A DNA stretch of 32,000 nt from Candidatus Saccharimonadota bacterium (lineage in GTDB: Bacteria; Patescibacteriota; Microgenomatia; UBA1406; GWC2-37-13), in contig CP065004.1 in NCBI GenBank assembly GCA_016700135.1, positions 780,001 through 812,000 on the forward strand. Reading direction: 5' to 3'. A program made the position numbers and the translations under genes. Below are positions 15,009-24,448 of this stretch, piece by piece. The notes below the pieces were generated by a model. The model was given only the letters and a program-made list of their open reading frames with translations, searched no databases and was not told where the DNA came from. The first letter of the stretch is position 1. Each line of letters opens with the position of its first letter.

Positions 15009-16088
15009 ATGACAGAATCAACAGAATCATCACGAGTCGCAGAAACACTTCTTTTCCAAAACGAGCAGGATTGGCAGGGGAGGACAGTAATCAATCTCAG
15101 CGGGTATAACAGCTGGCAGGTTGAAGCGTTGGGAATCAGAAAATGGATACAGCCTATTCCTGCAGAACGTATGGTTCTTTTTCCTGATATCTCTCCAACG
15201 GAAACCGGACTTATTGTCCCGACGGGCGTGATGGCTGATTTTGATATGGCAAAAGTTCCCGAATGGAGAAAGTTTATCCGGGGTGCCGATATCGGATGTG
15301 GTATGCAGATGAGTACATTACCGCTTAAAGAAGAGGAATTTGTGAAAAATCAGAAAGCTCTCGATGAACTTTATGAACGCTTAGGACGTGAAGGGCTTCT
15401 TCAATGCTTCAGAGGAAATCATTTCATTAACTTTGCAAAAGATATTGACACGGGAAATATGCAGGTACTGGTACATACGGGTTCCTATGGTGATGCACAA
15501 AAGAAACTTTCAGCACTGGTTGATCATCCGGAACAGTATGATGCAGAGTATAAACGCACGATTGAATCAGGAAGAGATACCAGAAACAGAATTATGCATG
15601 TAATCGGGAAAGTGTACGGAGAGGGAGAATCATTTGATACGGTTCACAATACGGTTGAAATGAATGAAAAAACCGGAATTGCCCGTGTATATAAAGGTGT
15701 TGTAGCAGTCAAAAAGGAAGGGGAACGTCAGGTTTTACCCAGTTCATTAAACGGGATAATGGTCGTATATAACACAGGGAAAAAAGCGGAAGAAATCGGA
15801 GGAACATCACACGGCACAGGACGGGCTGTCAGCAGATCGGCAATCCGAAGAACTATAGATGAAATACGGGAACAATACCACGAAAAAGAACAGGACGGCA
15901 GAATTGATCCGAAGCAATTGCATATTATGACCCCGAGCGGTCTCCGCTGGCCGGTAACGGAGATAGATACCGCTTATCATTCTATTGACAGGTCATTAGA
16001 TCTTATGGAAGGAAGCGGGCTTATGAAACATGTTGATCAGCAGTTCCTTCAGCCTATAGCAGGTATAAAAAGTGGTTCGGAAGAGTGA
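15009..16088 (+). CDS. rtcB: RtcB-family RNA 3'-phosphate ligase (compact, divergent)
   Basis: The ordered RtcB signature motifs are present: GADIGCGM, RGNHFINF (GNHF), VLVHTGSYG (HSGSRG-like), VHNTVE (HN), YKGVVAV and SHGTGRAVSR (HGAGR-like). At 359 aa it is shorter than typical RtcB. Confidence 0.8.
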   Translation: MTESTESSRVAETLLFQNEQDWQGRTVINLSGYNSWQVEALGIRKWIQPIPAERMVLFPDISPTETGLIVPTGVMADFDMAKVPEWRKFIRGADIGCGMQMSTLPLKEEEFVKNQKALDELYERLGREGLLQCFRGNHFINFAKDIDTGNMQVLVHTGSYGDAQKKLSALVDHPEQYDAEYKRTIESGRDTRNRIMHVIGKVYGEGESFDTVHNTVEMNEKTGIARVYKGVVAVKKEGERQVLPSSLNGIMVVYNTGKKAEEIGGTSHGTGRAVSRSAIRRTIDEIREQYHEKEQDGRIDPKQLHIMTPSGLRWPVTEIDTAYHSIDRSLDLMEGSGLMKHVDQQFLQPIAGIKSGSEE

Positions 16089-17144
16089 TCACTTTTTTCT
16101 TTGATATCCAAGCTGCATTCGTGAACCGATGTCTCTCATACGTTCAGAAAGCAAAGCAGCAATACGCATACAATTTTCTCTTCCGTATTTTTTTTCAAGA
16201 AAGACCGCCGGATTTTCAGAGCCTGAGCCGGAAGTTTCCTTTTCCTTGGCAATTCGCTCACCAAGCTGTATTAAGTCACTCCATTCGGTGAGTGGTTGAG
16301 CGTTTACACCGCTCTTTTTTACAGAACCTTTCATCAATTCTGCAATATATTCTCCTAAAACAATATCAGAAACGGCAGGAGCTCCAAAATGTAATGTTGG
16401 GACATCATCTTTAAAGCTGGCCACCGCAATATCGCTAATCCAATTCGGATCTTTCACAAGGGATAGTAATGTAACTGTCATCGGTTCAGATGGTATTCTC
16501 TCTGTAGTTGGGGAAAGCGAATCAAGAACTGATTGCATATGTTTACCTGCATTCGTTCGTAACGTGATATCTGGTCTTCCGATTTGTTCCAGTGCTGATT
16601 TCAGTAATAGGGGTGTAGTCACACCGAGTGTCGTGCCTAGCTGGAGAGTATCATCCACGACGGCCAGATTGCCCGAACTGTTTTTTAATCGTTCAGCCAG
16701 AAAATCTACTGTTTCAAGAGCCTGCTTATCATGTTTTAACCATACTGCATATTGAGTAATATGCTCGTGATGGGGGAATTGGGGATTTCCTTTTATATCA
16801 AAAATGTCTAATGCAGCTTTAGGGTGATCTGTATGAAATCGATTATGAAATCTGCGGTCAATAACGGTTCTAAATTCTGTTCCCGTCGGAACATGAAGTC
16901 TTTGGAGTGCTGAATTAAGTGTCTGAAATGCTATCGGACCTGATCTTTCAAGCAGTAGGAATGATTGCGGCTGCGGAGATATTGGCTCTAATGTTTGTGG
17001 ATTTACAAAAAATCGAAGAGAGTTGTTCACTCCGGATTCTATGGAGTGTTGAATAGTATCAGGGATCACAAAAGGCGGTAAGTCCTGAACGGATTCAGTT
17101 TCTGTTCGTGAAGGCTGAAGGGGAGTATTTTCAAGTTCTGTCAT
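16089..17144 (-). CDS. hypothetical protein with phosphoribosyltransferase-like PRPP-loop motif
   Basis: 351-aa ORF. NLAVVDDTLQLGTTLG resembles the type I PRTase PRPP-binding loop (hydrophobic-DD-x-x-x-G-x-T). The rest is unrecognised. Confidence 0.55.
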   Translation of the reverse strand: MTELENTPLQPSRTETESVQDLPPFVIPDTIQHSIESGVNNSLRFFVNPQTLEPISPQPQSFLLLERSGPIAFQTLNSALQRLHVPTGTEFRTVIDRRFHNRFHTDHPKAALDIFDIKGNPQFPHHEHITQYAVWLKHDKQALETVDFLAERLKNSSGNLAVVDDTLQLGTTLGVTTPLLLKSALEQIGRPDITLRTNAGKHMQSVLDSLSPTTERIPSEPMTVTLLSLVKDPNWISDIAVASFKDDVPTLHFGAPAVSDIVLGEYIAELMKGSVKKSGVNAQPLTEWSDLIQLGERIAKEKETSGSGSENPAVFLEKKYGRENCMRIAALLSERMRDIGSRMQLGYQRKK

Positions 17145-17311
17145 ATGGTCATATTATACAGTGTAAAAAGTGTGCGGATTTTTCTCATAGTCGATAATTA
17201 TTTTTGGAATACATTGATTTTTTTATGACATAAGTGTATATTTTTAACTGAAACAACGCTTTTTCTTATAAATTTGCACATTTTACCTCATTTATAATTT
17301 AATTTTTATTT

Positions 17312-18066
17312 ATGCAAAAAAACAAGACTATGTAAAAGTCTCGTCGTATGAGGGCCGTAAGGGAGAAGTCAAGAAAGTTGTTCTTCTGTATTCAGGCGGA
17401 CTTGACACATCAGTGATGCTCAAATGGATTCAGGAAGAATATAATGCCGAAGTTGTGGCTCTTACTATTGATATCGGTCAACAGGCAGATGATCTTGAGG
17501 AAATCAGGAAAAAGCCCTGAAACTGGGTGCAGTGAAAGCCTTGGTTATTGATGCAAAAGATGAATTTGCCAATGAATATATCGCAAAAGGCATCAAGGCA
17601 AATGCCTCCTATCAGGGAGATTACCATCTCTCAACACCGATCGGACGTCCTCTTCTTGCAAAATGGGCAGTAAAAATCGCAGCGGCAGAAGGAGCTGACA
17701 CGATAGCTCACGGATGTACCGGAAAGGGGAATGATCAGGTACGTATTGAAGGAGTTGCATTAGCACTGAATCCCGATGTGAAAATCATTGCTCCTGTCCG
17801 TGAATGGGGGATGGGACGTGACGAAGAGCTGGAATACGCAAAAACACAATATTCCGGTGAAACAAACAGCGGCAAAGCCGTATTCATATGATGACAATAT
17901 GTGGGGAGTAACCGGTGAAGGCGGTGAGATAGAAAATCCTGGACTTATTCCGCCCTTGGCTGACATTCTGCAGGTTTCAACACTTCCGGAAAATGCAGTC
18001 GACAAACCGGAATTTGTCGAATTGGAATTTCTAGTTAATCCCGATCAAAGCCTTTGCAATATATAA
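17312..18066 (+). pseudogene. argG: argininosuccinate synthase (argG) relic: frameshifted and 3'-truncated
   Basis: ArgG motifs are spread over three frames: [18 protein letters not shown]..., HGCTGKGNDQVR..., and KPYSYDDNMWGVTGEGGEIENP...PEFVELEF. The frame changes occur at A-runs 17316-17322 (less certain), 17509-17513 and 17840-17844. Similarity ends near 18033, so roughly the last 40% of the gene is absent. Confidence 0.85.
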
Positions 18067-18196
18067 AAAGAGAAGAAAAAGGAAAGAGATTATAAGTTTA
18101 GTAAATCCGATGAAGTATTGATTCAGTATTCAAAAAACAACTATGCTACTATTTGTATGAATCTTGGGTATTTTTTGGTTTGATCAAGTATTCAGA

Positions 18197-18892
18197 CTAC
18201 TTCAGGACATTTTTCATATCAATGAGTCTTCCGATACGGGCTCTCAGATCTCCGTGCTGCTTGAATACATATTGCATCAGATTACGATCGGCGATCATGA
18301 TGTGCTCAGGTAACTGAAGAATAACAGATCCGTTCCGACTGCTAGTACATGCTGTAAGAGTCATGACATCTCTCCCATACGGTGATAGTTCCATCCACAA
18401 CTGAAGCATATTACTATCATCAGTTCGAATACCAAGACCGAGATTTGTAGGCTTTGCGAGAGCATCATGCGTGCGTCTGACCGGTCCGACATCTCCGAAC
18501 CGCTGCGATACATCGGTAATATCTCGTGATGAGATTGCGCGATAACCTCCGTAGGCATTCATTTCGATCCGTTCTCCTGACGGTGCTTTGAATTCACAGT
18601 ACACACCGGGATCCATACCCATTTCAACCATTTCTAGATTTTTTTGTGCAAATCGCTCATCTTTTTGTGCCACCTTTCGATCACGAAGTGTAAATAAGCT
18701 GTCCGGACGGGAAAATATTTCGGTTGCCTGATCGGCAGTCCGAATGATTTCCTGTGCATGTGCGGGCAGATATATACCTCCTGCCGGATCATCAAGAATT
18801 TGTGCATACACATAACTGAATTCAATTAATGTTTCCGTAAGGCCTTGACCTTCTGCTCTTACCTGTTCATTCGGTCGTAGATGTTCAGCCAT
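18197..18892 (-). CDS. hypothetical protein
   Basis: 231-aa ORF on the same strand as, and 92 nt downstream of, the cytosine-deaminase-like gene. I recognise no motif. Confidence 0.65.
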   Translation of the reverse strand: MAEHLRPNEQVRAEGQGLTETLIEFSYVYAQILDDPAGGIYLPAHAQEIIRTADQATEIFSRPDSLFTLRDRKVAQKDERFAQKNLEMVEMGMDPGVYCEFKAPSGERIEMNAYGGYRAISSRDITDVSQRFGDVGPVRRTHDALAKPTNLGLGIRTDDSNMLQLWMELSPYGRDVMTLTACTSSRNGSVILQLPEHIMIADRNLMQYVFKQHGDLRARIGRLIDMKNVLK

Positions 18893-18984
18893 AGAAAAAG
18901 AGAAAAGAATAATGAGTGGATATTATACACATACAATATGTATAAATCAAACCTGAAGATAATCTCTTTCTGTGTATATTCCGG

Positions 18985-19974
18985 TTATTCCAATCCCAAT
19001 ACTTTTCTTCCGTTTACTGTGGCAATTTTCACCAATTCATCAAGATCCATGAAACGGTTTCCGATTGCCATAAGTTTGAGTTCACTCCACATATCGCCGT
19101 CCGTGAAGGGGAGCATGTAGTCGGCGATATTGTCAGATCCGATCGCGACGGTGATACCGTGTTTTACCAACTCGTCAACAGGGGTGAGTGCGTTGTGAAA
19201 AGGCTGAAGATCTTCATGACGCGGAGCATCAATCCAGGCTGTAGGACAGCCGATCATCATGACCTGTGCTTCTCTCAACTTTGCATATACGTTTTTACGA
19301 TACTCCTTCGGATGGGCAGCAAGGGATATAGAGTGCACGGCAACAACCTTTCCCTGCATTCCGTGTTCGATCGTTTTTTCAGCTAACAGTTCGGTTTCTT
19401 TGTCCGACTGAGTGTTGAACTGATCGACATGTACATGAACCATTTTGCCGTGCTTTTTTGCCGTTTCAAGAAGGATATCCATATGTTCAGAGCCTTTTCC
19501 GTGATCACGTTCGTCCCGTTTGGGCAATCCGCCCACGATATCAACGTATTCCATAGCGCGGTCAAACCATTTTCTTGCCTCCGGTTCGATCACTCCTTTT
19601 AAAACCTGATTGATAAGAACGACTGAAATCTGGTCTTTGTACTGTTCTTTTGCGCGGACTGCCGCTTTTGCCGCACGGTCTTCCGCGACGGGATCAATAT
19701 CAATAAATGATCCGACAGCTGTCACTCCCTGACTGATCATCAGTTCAAGAGCCATCGAAATTCGTCGGTAATATTCTTCTTCTGATGCGTTTTTGACCAC
19801 ATCAACCAGATCCCATTTTTCTTCAAGCGTATGTTTTCGATAAATATCAAGACTTTCAGGGGTGATGGTAAAAGCCCGATCGATATGAGCATGAGAGTTT
19901 ACCCAGCCGCCGTTTTTCTTAATTTCTTCGATGAGAAGGTGCTGAAAGTTCCATTGTGGTGCCTGTTGTGACAT
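18985..19974 (-). CDS. amidohydrolase-superfamily deaminase, cytosine-deaminase (CodA)-like
   Basis: VNSHAHIDRAF (HxH), MVHVHVDQ, VVAVHSISL and GSDNIADYMLPFTDGDMW resemble CodA metal and active-site segments. I prefer the start at MSQQAPQ (19974), because the track's 40-aa N-terminal extension merely reads through the repeat at 19999-20067. Confidence 0.75.
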   Translation of the reverse strand: MSQQAPQWNFQHLLIEEIKKNGGWVNSHAHIDRAFTITPESLDIYRKHTLEEKWDLVDVVKNASEEEYYRRISMALELMISQGVTAVGSFIDIDPVAEDRAAKAAVRAKEQYKDQISVVLINQVLKGVIEPEARKWFDRAMEYVDIVGGLPKRDERDHGKGSEHMDILLETAKKHGKMVHVHVDQFNTQSDKETELLAEKTIEHGMQGKVVAVHSISLAAHPKEYRKNVYAKLREAQVMMIGCPTAWIDAPRHEDLQPFHNALTPVDELVKHGITVAIGSDNIADYMLPFTDGDMWSELKLMAIGNRFMDLDELVKIATVNGRKVLGLE

Positions 19975-19998
19975 AGTAGGTTTTGAATAAATAACATT

Positions 19999-20067
19999 GT
20001 CATCCCGACCGTTAGTGGAGGGATCCCTCATGATCAAAAGGGATTTCTCGACTTCGCTCGAAATGAC
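19999..20067. repeat. 69-bp ORF-less hairpin repeat (same family as the GIY-YIG arms)
   Basis: The L arm is 29/29 identical to 6365-6393. A 12-nt spacer TCATGATCAAAA follows. The R arm GGGATTTCTCGACTTCGCTCGAAATGAC matches 6687-6714 at 24/28. It fills the udk-to-deaminase intergenic gap. Confidence 0.8.
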
Positions 20068-20071
20068 AGCT

Positions 20072-20692
20072 CTAAACTGATAATCGCTTTTCAAGCGTGT
20101 GGATCAGGGTTGATACTGCTTTTTCGTTTTTTCCGCCACGCGGGATGATGATATCCGCAAATTCCTTGGTTGGCTCCACGAATTTTTCGTGCATCGGACG
20201 GGCAGTTGCGATATATTGAGCATAGACGGAATCAAGCGTACGCCCGCGTTCTTCAATATCCCTCTTGGCGCGACGCAAAATCCGGATATCCGCCGGTACG
20301 TCTACGTAAATTTTCAGGTTTATAAGGTCACGGAGGAGGGGATTATCAAAAATAAGAATACCCTCAATAAGAATAAGCGGAGCAGGAGAGACAGGTGTTG
20401 TTATATCTGTTTTTCTGGTATGTTGGGTAAAATCGTACTCAGGCACTTCAATAGTATTTCCTTTTTGTAGATCCTGAAGATGAGATATAAAGAGTTCGGT
20501 TTCCAGTGCATCAGGATGATCATAGTTTGTTTTGACACGCTCTTCCATTGATTTAGCTGACTGATCTTTGTAGTACCGGTCATGGGGAATATATACCGCT
20601 CGAGTTTTGAAATGTTCGTAGATTTTTTCGGCGATTGTGGTCTTTCCGGAACCCGTTCCTCCGGCAATTCCGAGAATTAGCTTGTTGTGCAT
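20072..20692 (-). CDS. udk: uridine kinase
   Basis: P-loop GIAGGTGSGKTT, YKDQS, NYDHPDA, EGILIF, R..RD..ERGR. Confidence 0.93.
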   Translation of the reverse strand: MHNKLILGIAGGTGSGKTTIAEKIYEHFKTRAVYIPHDRYYKDQSAKSMEERVKTNYDHPDALETELFISHLQDLQKGNTIEVPEYDFTQHTRKTDITTPVSPAPLILIEGILIFDNPLLRDLINLKIYVDVPADIRILRRAKRDIEERGRTLDSVYAQYIATARPMHEKFVEPTKEFADIIIPRGGKNEKAVSTLIHTLEKRLSV

Positions 20693-20747
20693 ATTTTTCT
20701 TATATTATATGAAAATTTAGGTAAAATGGAGAAAATTTATATAAATA

Positions 20748-20776
20748 TTGCTTATTTTTTCAAAAAATGGTATAAT
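20748..20776 (+). promoter_or_regulatory. sigma70-type promoter for the Urc1-like operon
   Basis: TTGCTT (20748-20753), a 17-nt spacer ending in TGG (extended -10), then TATAAT (20771-20776). It lies 64 nt upstream of the ATG at 20841. Confidence 0.55.
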
Positions 20777-20840
20777 ATTTCCTAATTTATAGTAAATAGT
20801 ATGAATAATACTATATTAGCATATTTCAAATAGAATTAAT

Positions 20841-22025
20841 ATGCATCACGCAGAACATGGTCATCAACCCGTTGAAGTTTCAGCAAACTATCAACAGGCT
20901 CTTGAAGGAATGATTGCCTATCAGGAGAAGGGTGTGACTGTTTTTCGCGGAGGTCCTCTTGATCTTCGTCACCATGGCATTGAAGATGCATGGTTGACTC
21001 CTATTATTGTTTCTGACAATGATAGCCACACAAGTTTTCATGCAATTCAAATAAACGGAAGCATTGGTGAGATGCAGGGGTCAGATTTCGAACTGAACGT
21101 GGCAAGTGATATTAAACTTAAGTTAGGTGATGTTGACTCTCCTCAGGTCGCGGAATTGAATAGAGTGCTTACAGAAGCCGGAGACGGGAGACCGCGTACT
21201 ATCATAAGACCGAGTATTGCCGGAAATATTGCATATCCCGTGATTTCTACACCAGCAACACTTGCTGAACCTCATTTATTGTTAGAACGGGCTCAAAAAG
21301 CAGCGGGAATATTCGGATCCCGATTGGTTGCCGACAATTGTGATATTTATCATTTAGAGCAGGAGGTTTTCGTACCTGCTATGTCGACGGGTGATCTCAC
21401 TATGGGGAAAGTACGACAGGTAAATGCATCTTTCGGAGACGTTTTTGTTTATCCGGTGCATGTAAACGGGGGAGATCCCTGGAAATACTACGAAGTAATA
21501 TCCGCTACACCGCTTGAAGATATCAGCAGAAAAGGTCCGATGACGATCCGTGTTGACTCAGGATGTGATATCGGACAGTGCTATCATGACGGAGGATGTG
21601 ATTGCCGAGCCCAACTGCACGATGCACTTATTGAAGCACAGAATACTGACGGACTGATTATTCACATCCCTTCGCAGGATGGAAGGGGATACGGCATGGC
21701 AGCAAAAATGGCTACTGAAGGCGGTAAACGAGGGATTGATGTCGGCTACAATGCCGGAAAGCCGCCGATGGATACGATAAAAGCAGCAACAGAACTACTT
21801 GGACCTAATTACGATATCCGGACATACGAGAGCGTCGGACAGATGCTTATGACACTGGGATTTTCACGCGTAACACTCCTTACTGACAGTCGCAAAAAAC
21901 TTACCGCTTTGGAAAAGGCAGGGTTGGAGGTAATCCGAAAACCGACCAATACACAAAACGGCAATCATCATGCACACGATCACGTTCAGGCAAAACACTC
22001 AACACCTGATTATTTTGCAGATTAA
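20841..22025 (+). CDS. GTP cyclohydrolase II homologue with a roughly 230-aa N-terminal extension (Urc1-like architecture)
   Basis: The C-terminal half matches the RibA pattern: IRVDSGCDIGQCYHDGGCDCRAQL (C-x10-C-x-C zinc site), QDGRGYGM, DIRTY, and LGFSRVTLLTDSRKK...GLEV. The N-terminal domain is unrecognised by eye. Confidence 0.75.
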   Translation: MHHAEHGHQPVEVSANYQQALEGMIAYQEKGVTVFRGGPLDLRHHGIEDAWLTPIIVSDNDSHTSFHAIQINGSIGEMQGSDFELNVASDIKLKLGDVDSPQVAELNRVLTEAGDGRPRTIIRPSIAGNIAYPVISTPATLAEPHLLLERAQKAAGIFGSRLVADNCDIYHLEQEVFVPAMSTGDLTMGKVRQVNASFGDVFVYPVHVNGGDPWKYYEVISATPLEDISRKGPMTIRVDSGCDIGQCYHDGGCDCRAQLHDALIEAQNTDGLIIHIPSQDGRGYGMAAKMATEGGKRGIDVGYNAGKPPMDTIKAATELLGPNYDIRTYESVGQMLMTLGFSRVTLLTDSRKKLTALEKAGLEVIRKPTNTQNGNHHAHDHVQAKHSTPDYFAD

Positions 22026-22028
22026 CTT

Positions 22029-22820
22029 ATGATAGAAACACAAATTGATACAATTGAAAGACAAAACGCACAGGCACTTTATGAGATGCAACAGCATTTC
22101 CAGAAAATGGATGCCGGATTCGGTATCGTTTCAGATATTGATGAAACGGTCGTTGATACCGTCGGACGACATGTAATGTTTGTCTCACGGGGAGCGAAAC
22201 TTGCAGGTTTTCAGGGAACTTTGCCGACTCTTGAAGAAATTAAAGCAGCAGGCGGCACAGCAGAGTATGCACGCGTGTTCGGCATGTCGGCCGATGAATG
22301 GGAAGAGATTATGAAACGGGTGCGTGAACGACAATTCGTCAACGAGAAAGCAAATCTGTATCATCCTAAGACTGTTAAGACACTCCTGAACGGGGGAGAA
22401 CTGCTGGGATTTGTCACTGCAAAGCCCGGTACGGAACGCACCCTGGCTGCGACCCAACGAGATCTTACTCAGCGTTTGGGTTTTCCTGAAAGACCGGTAA
22501 TTCTCAGACCGAATTCAGTTCCCCTTTCACAAACAGAGTGGAAAATAGAAACGCTTTGCGCCATTAAAGGCATTTCACCGAAGGGTATTGTGCTTGTCGA
22601 TGACAGTCTCAGTACTGCACGTGCAATTGCAGCGCACAATCAGGAGGCAGGGAAGTTAGATATTATGCAGATTCTATATAAAGGACCGCTGACAGTCCCT
22701 GCACTTGAATCCGGTAAATTCATTCCTGATGAATCACTCGGGATTTATGCTGCCGATTGGGATGAAATGCCCGAAGTATTTGATAGAATAAGAGAACAAT
22801 GTCACCTTACCCAAAACTAG
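22029..22820 (+). CDS. HAD-superfamily hydrolase (probable phosphatase)
   Basis: Motif I IVSDIDETVVDT (DxDxT) and late VLVDDS (motif IV-like). It starts 3 nt after the upstream stop. Confidence 0.65.
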   Translation: MIETQIDTIERQNAQALYEMQQHFQKMDAGFGIVSDIDETVVDTVGRHVMFVSRGAKLAGFQGTLPTLEEIKAAGGTAEYARVFGMSADEWEEIMKRVRERQFVNEKANLYHPKTVKTLLNGGELLGFVTAKPGTERTLAATQRDLTQRLGFPERPVILRPNSVPLSQTEWKIETLCAIKGISPKGIVLVDDSLSTARAIAAHNQEAGKLDIMQILYKGPLTVPALESGKFIPDESLGIYAADWDEMPEVFDRIREQCHLTQN

Positions 22821-23626
22821 TCATTATTGGCTACACCAACATTGACATCAATATTACCCCAAAATCTCAGAGTACCTTGCCCGGCGGTGCAGCATATTTT
22901 GTCGCATGTGCCGCGTCAATTCTCACTTCAAATGTCGGACTTGTGACCCGAATCGGTTATGATTTTGATCCTGAATTTTTACTGTCCCGTGTCGTAAAAG
23001 ACGGCGTTCATATCATCCCCGACAAAGAAACGGCAAAATCCATTCAGACGTATTTCTCATTGAATGATCCGACGGATCGTGATGTGGTTTTGAAAAAAGG
23101 TGTCGCTCAGGATCTCAACCCGAATGATATCCCGGAAGGGTGGATTGAAAATGCCGAGATCATTCATGTTGCTACAATGCCGCCTGAGTACCAGAAAGTG
23201 TTCATCGAATATGTGAAAGAAAACAAAGGTGAACACACACTGCTGTCTACAGATACCGAACTTTCATTTGTAAAGAATCCCCGGATGAAAAAACAAATAA
23301 TCAAAAACATGCAGTATCCTGATATGGTTTTCGTAAATCGACTGGAATATGAACTGTTGAAAGATGAAATGAAGCATATTGAGCATGTGATCGTGAAACT
23401 TGATAAAGACGGTGCCGTGTATCTGCATCAGGGGAAAGAGGAGTGCCGCGTAACTACAAAAAATACTGAAGCTGTGGATTCCACCGGAGCGGGAGATATT
23501 TTTGCCGGGACATTCCTGGCGTCACGTGTCAACGGAGATACTATTGAAACAGCACTTCAGAAAGGCGCAGACGAAGCAACTCATTCCATTGAGCAGGAAG
23601 GAATTATGCACTTATTCGAAGAATAA
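22799..23626 (+). CDS. PfkB-family sugar/nucleoside kinase (ribokinase-like)
   Basis: GGAAYFVA N-terminal motif and the C-terminal PfkB signature DSTGAGDIFAGTFLA. It overlaps the HAD gene by 22 nt. Confidence 0.85.
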   Translation: MSPYPKLVIIGYTNIDINITPKSQSTLPGGAAYFVACAASILTSNVGLVTRIGYDFDPEFLLSRVVKDGVHIIPDKETAKSIQTYFSLNDPTDRDVVLKKGVAQDLNPNDIPEGWIENAEIIHVATMPPEYQKVFIEYVKENKGEHTLLSTDTELSFVKNPRMKKQIIKNMQYPDMVFVNRLEYELLKDEMKHIEHVIVKLDKDGAVYLHQGKEECRVTTKNTEAVDSTGAGDIFAGTFLASRVNGDTIETALQKGADEATHSIEQEGIMHLFEE

Positions 23627-24439
23627 TCGGATTGTTTTTCGGTATTCTTCAACAACCTCATGTGATTTTTCTGCGAAGTCTTCTGCAGGTGATGCAAAAA
23701 TAACACTCCGTGAAGCGTTGACGACAAACCGATCTTTGTTCGGAAAAAGCTTTAGATCTTCGATATTTCCTCCTTGCGCACCCAATCCCGCGGCAAGAAA
23801 AAACTGATCATCAGGTGAAAGTTCGATGATTCGTTTCAATATATCAGGGTAGGTGAGAGGCCCTTCGACGAGAATGTTGCCAACTTTGTCCCAGCTCCCG
23901 ACTACCATTTTTGTGAGATATTCATACAGTTTTTCACCAGACTGCAATGTGACATCCTGCAGGTCTCCTGCTGACGGATTGGAGTCATGACAGAGGACAA
24001 ATACCGCTTTATCTTTATAATTCAAAAAGGGTTCAATCGTATCAAACCCAAACCACGGAGTCACGGTTGTGGCATCAAAAAGAAACTCATCAAACAGTTC
24101 TTTCGCGGCCAGTTCAGCTGTCCGCTTCATCTCACTTCGCTTGGAATCAACAATAATCTTTATTTCCGGATAGTTTTTTTTGATATATTCATTGGTTCTT
24201 TTAAGAGCTATAAGACCGTCTATCCCATATCCCGCATAGCAGACCATGTTCAGCTTATAAACAGGCGTAATATCCGCCGTCGCATCAATGATTTCTTTAT
24301 TGAACTGAAAAACGGCATCAGCGAGTGAACTATCTTTTTTGACGGACTCAGGAAGTTTCTCATAGTCCGAGTCCAATCCGACGCAAATATTGGATTGTTT
24401 TTTTGCTATTTGTTCAGATAATTGAGTTTTGAAGATCAT
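23612..24439 (-). CDS. pyrF: orotidine-5'-phosphate decarboxylase, type 2
   Basis: ICVGLDSDYEKLP, YKLNM..Y, IIVDSKRSEMKRT (DxKR), DATTVTPWFG, VFVLCHDSNPSA and AAGLGAQGG. Confidence 0.85.
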   Translation of the reverse strand: MIFKTQLSEQIAKKQSNICVGLDSDYEKLPESVKKDSSLADAVFQFNKEIIDATADITPVYKLNMVCYAGYGIDGLIALKRTNEYIKKNYPEIKIIVDSKRSEMKRTAELAAKELFDEFLFDATTVTPWFGFDTIEPFLNYKDKAVFVLCHDSNPSAGDLQDVTLQSGEKLYEYLTKMVVGSWDKVGNILVEGPLTYPDILKRIIELSPDDQFFLAAGLGAQGGNIEDLKLFPNKDRFVVNASRSVIFASPAEDFAEKSHEVVEEYRKTIRLFFE

Positions 24440-24448
24440 AGAGTAATC

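Noticed and set aside
19975-20094. 40-aa N-terminal extension of the deaminase-like ORF
   Set aside because: It consists only of read-through of the 69-bp hairpin repeat and overlaps the udk stop. The internal start MSQQAPQ is more plausible.
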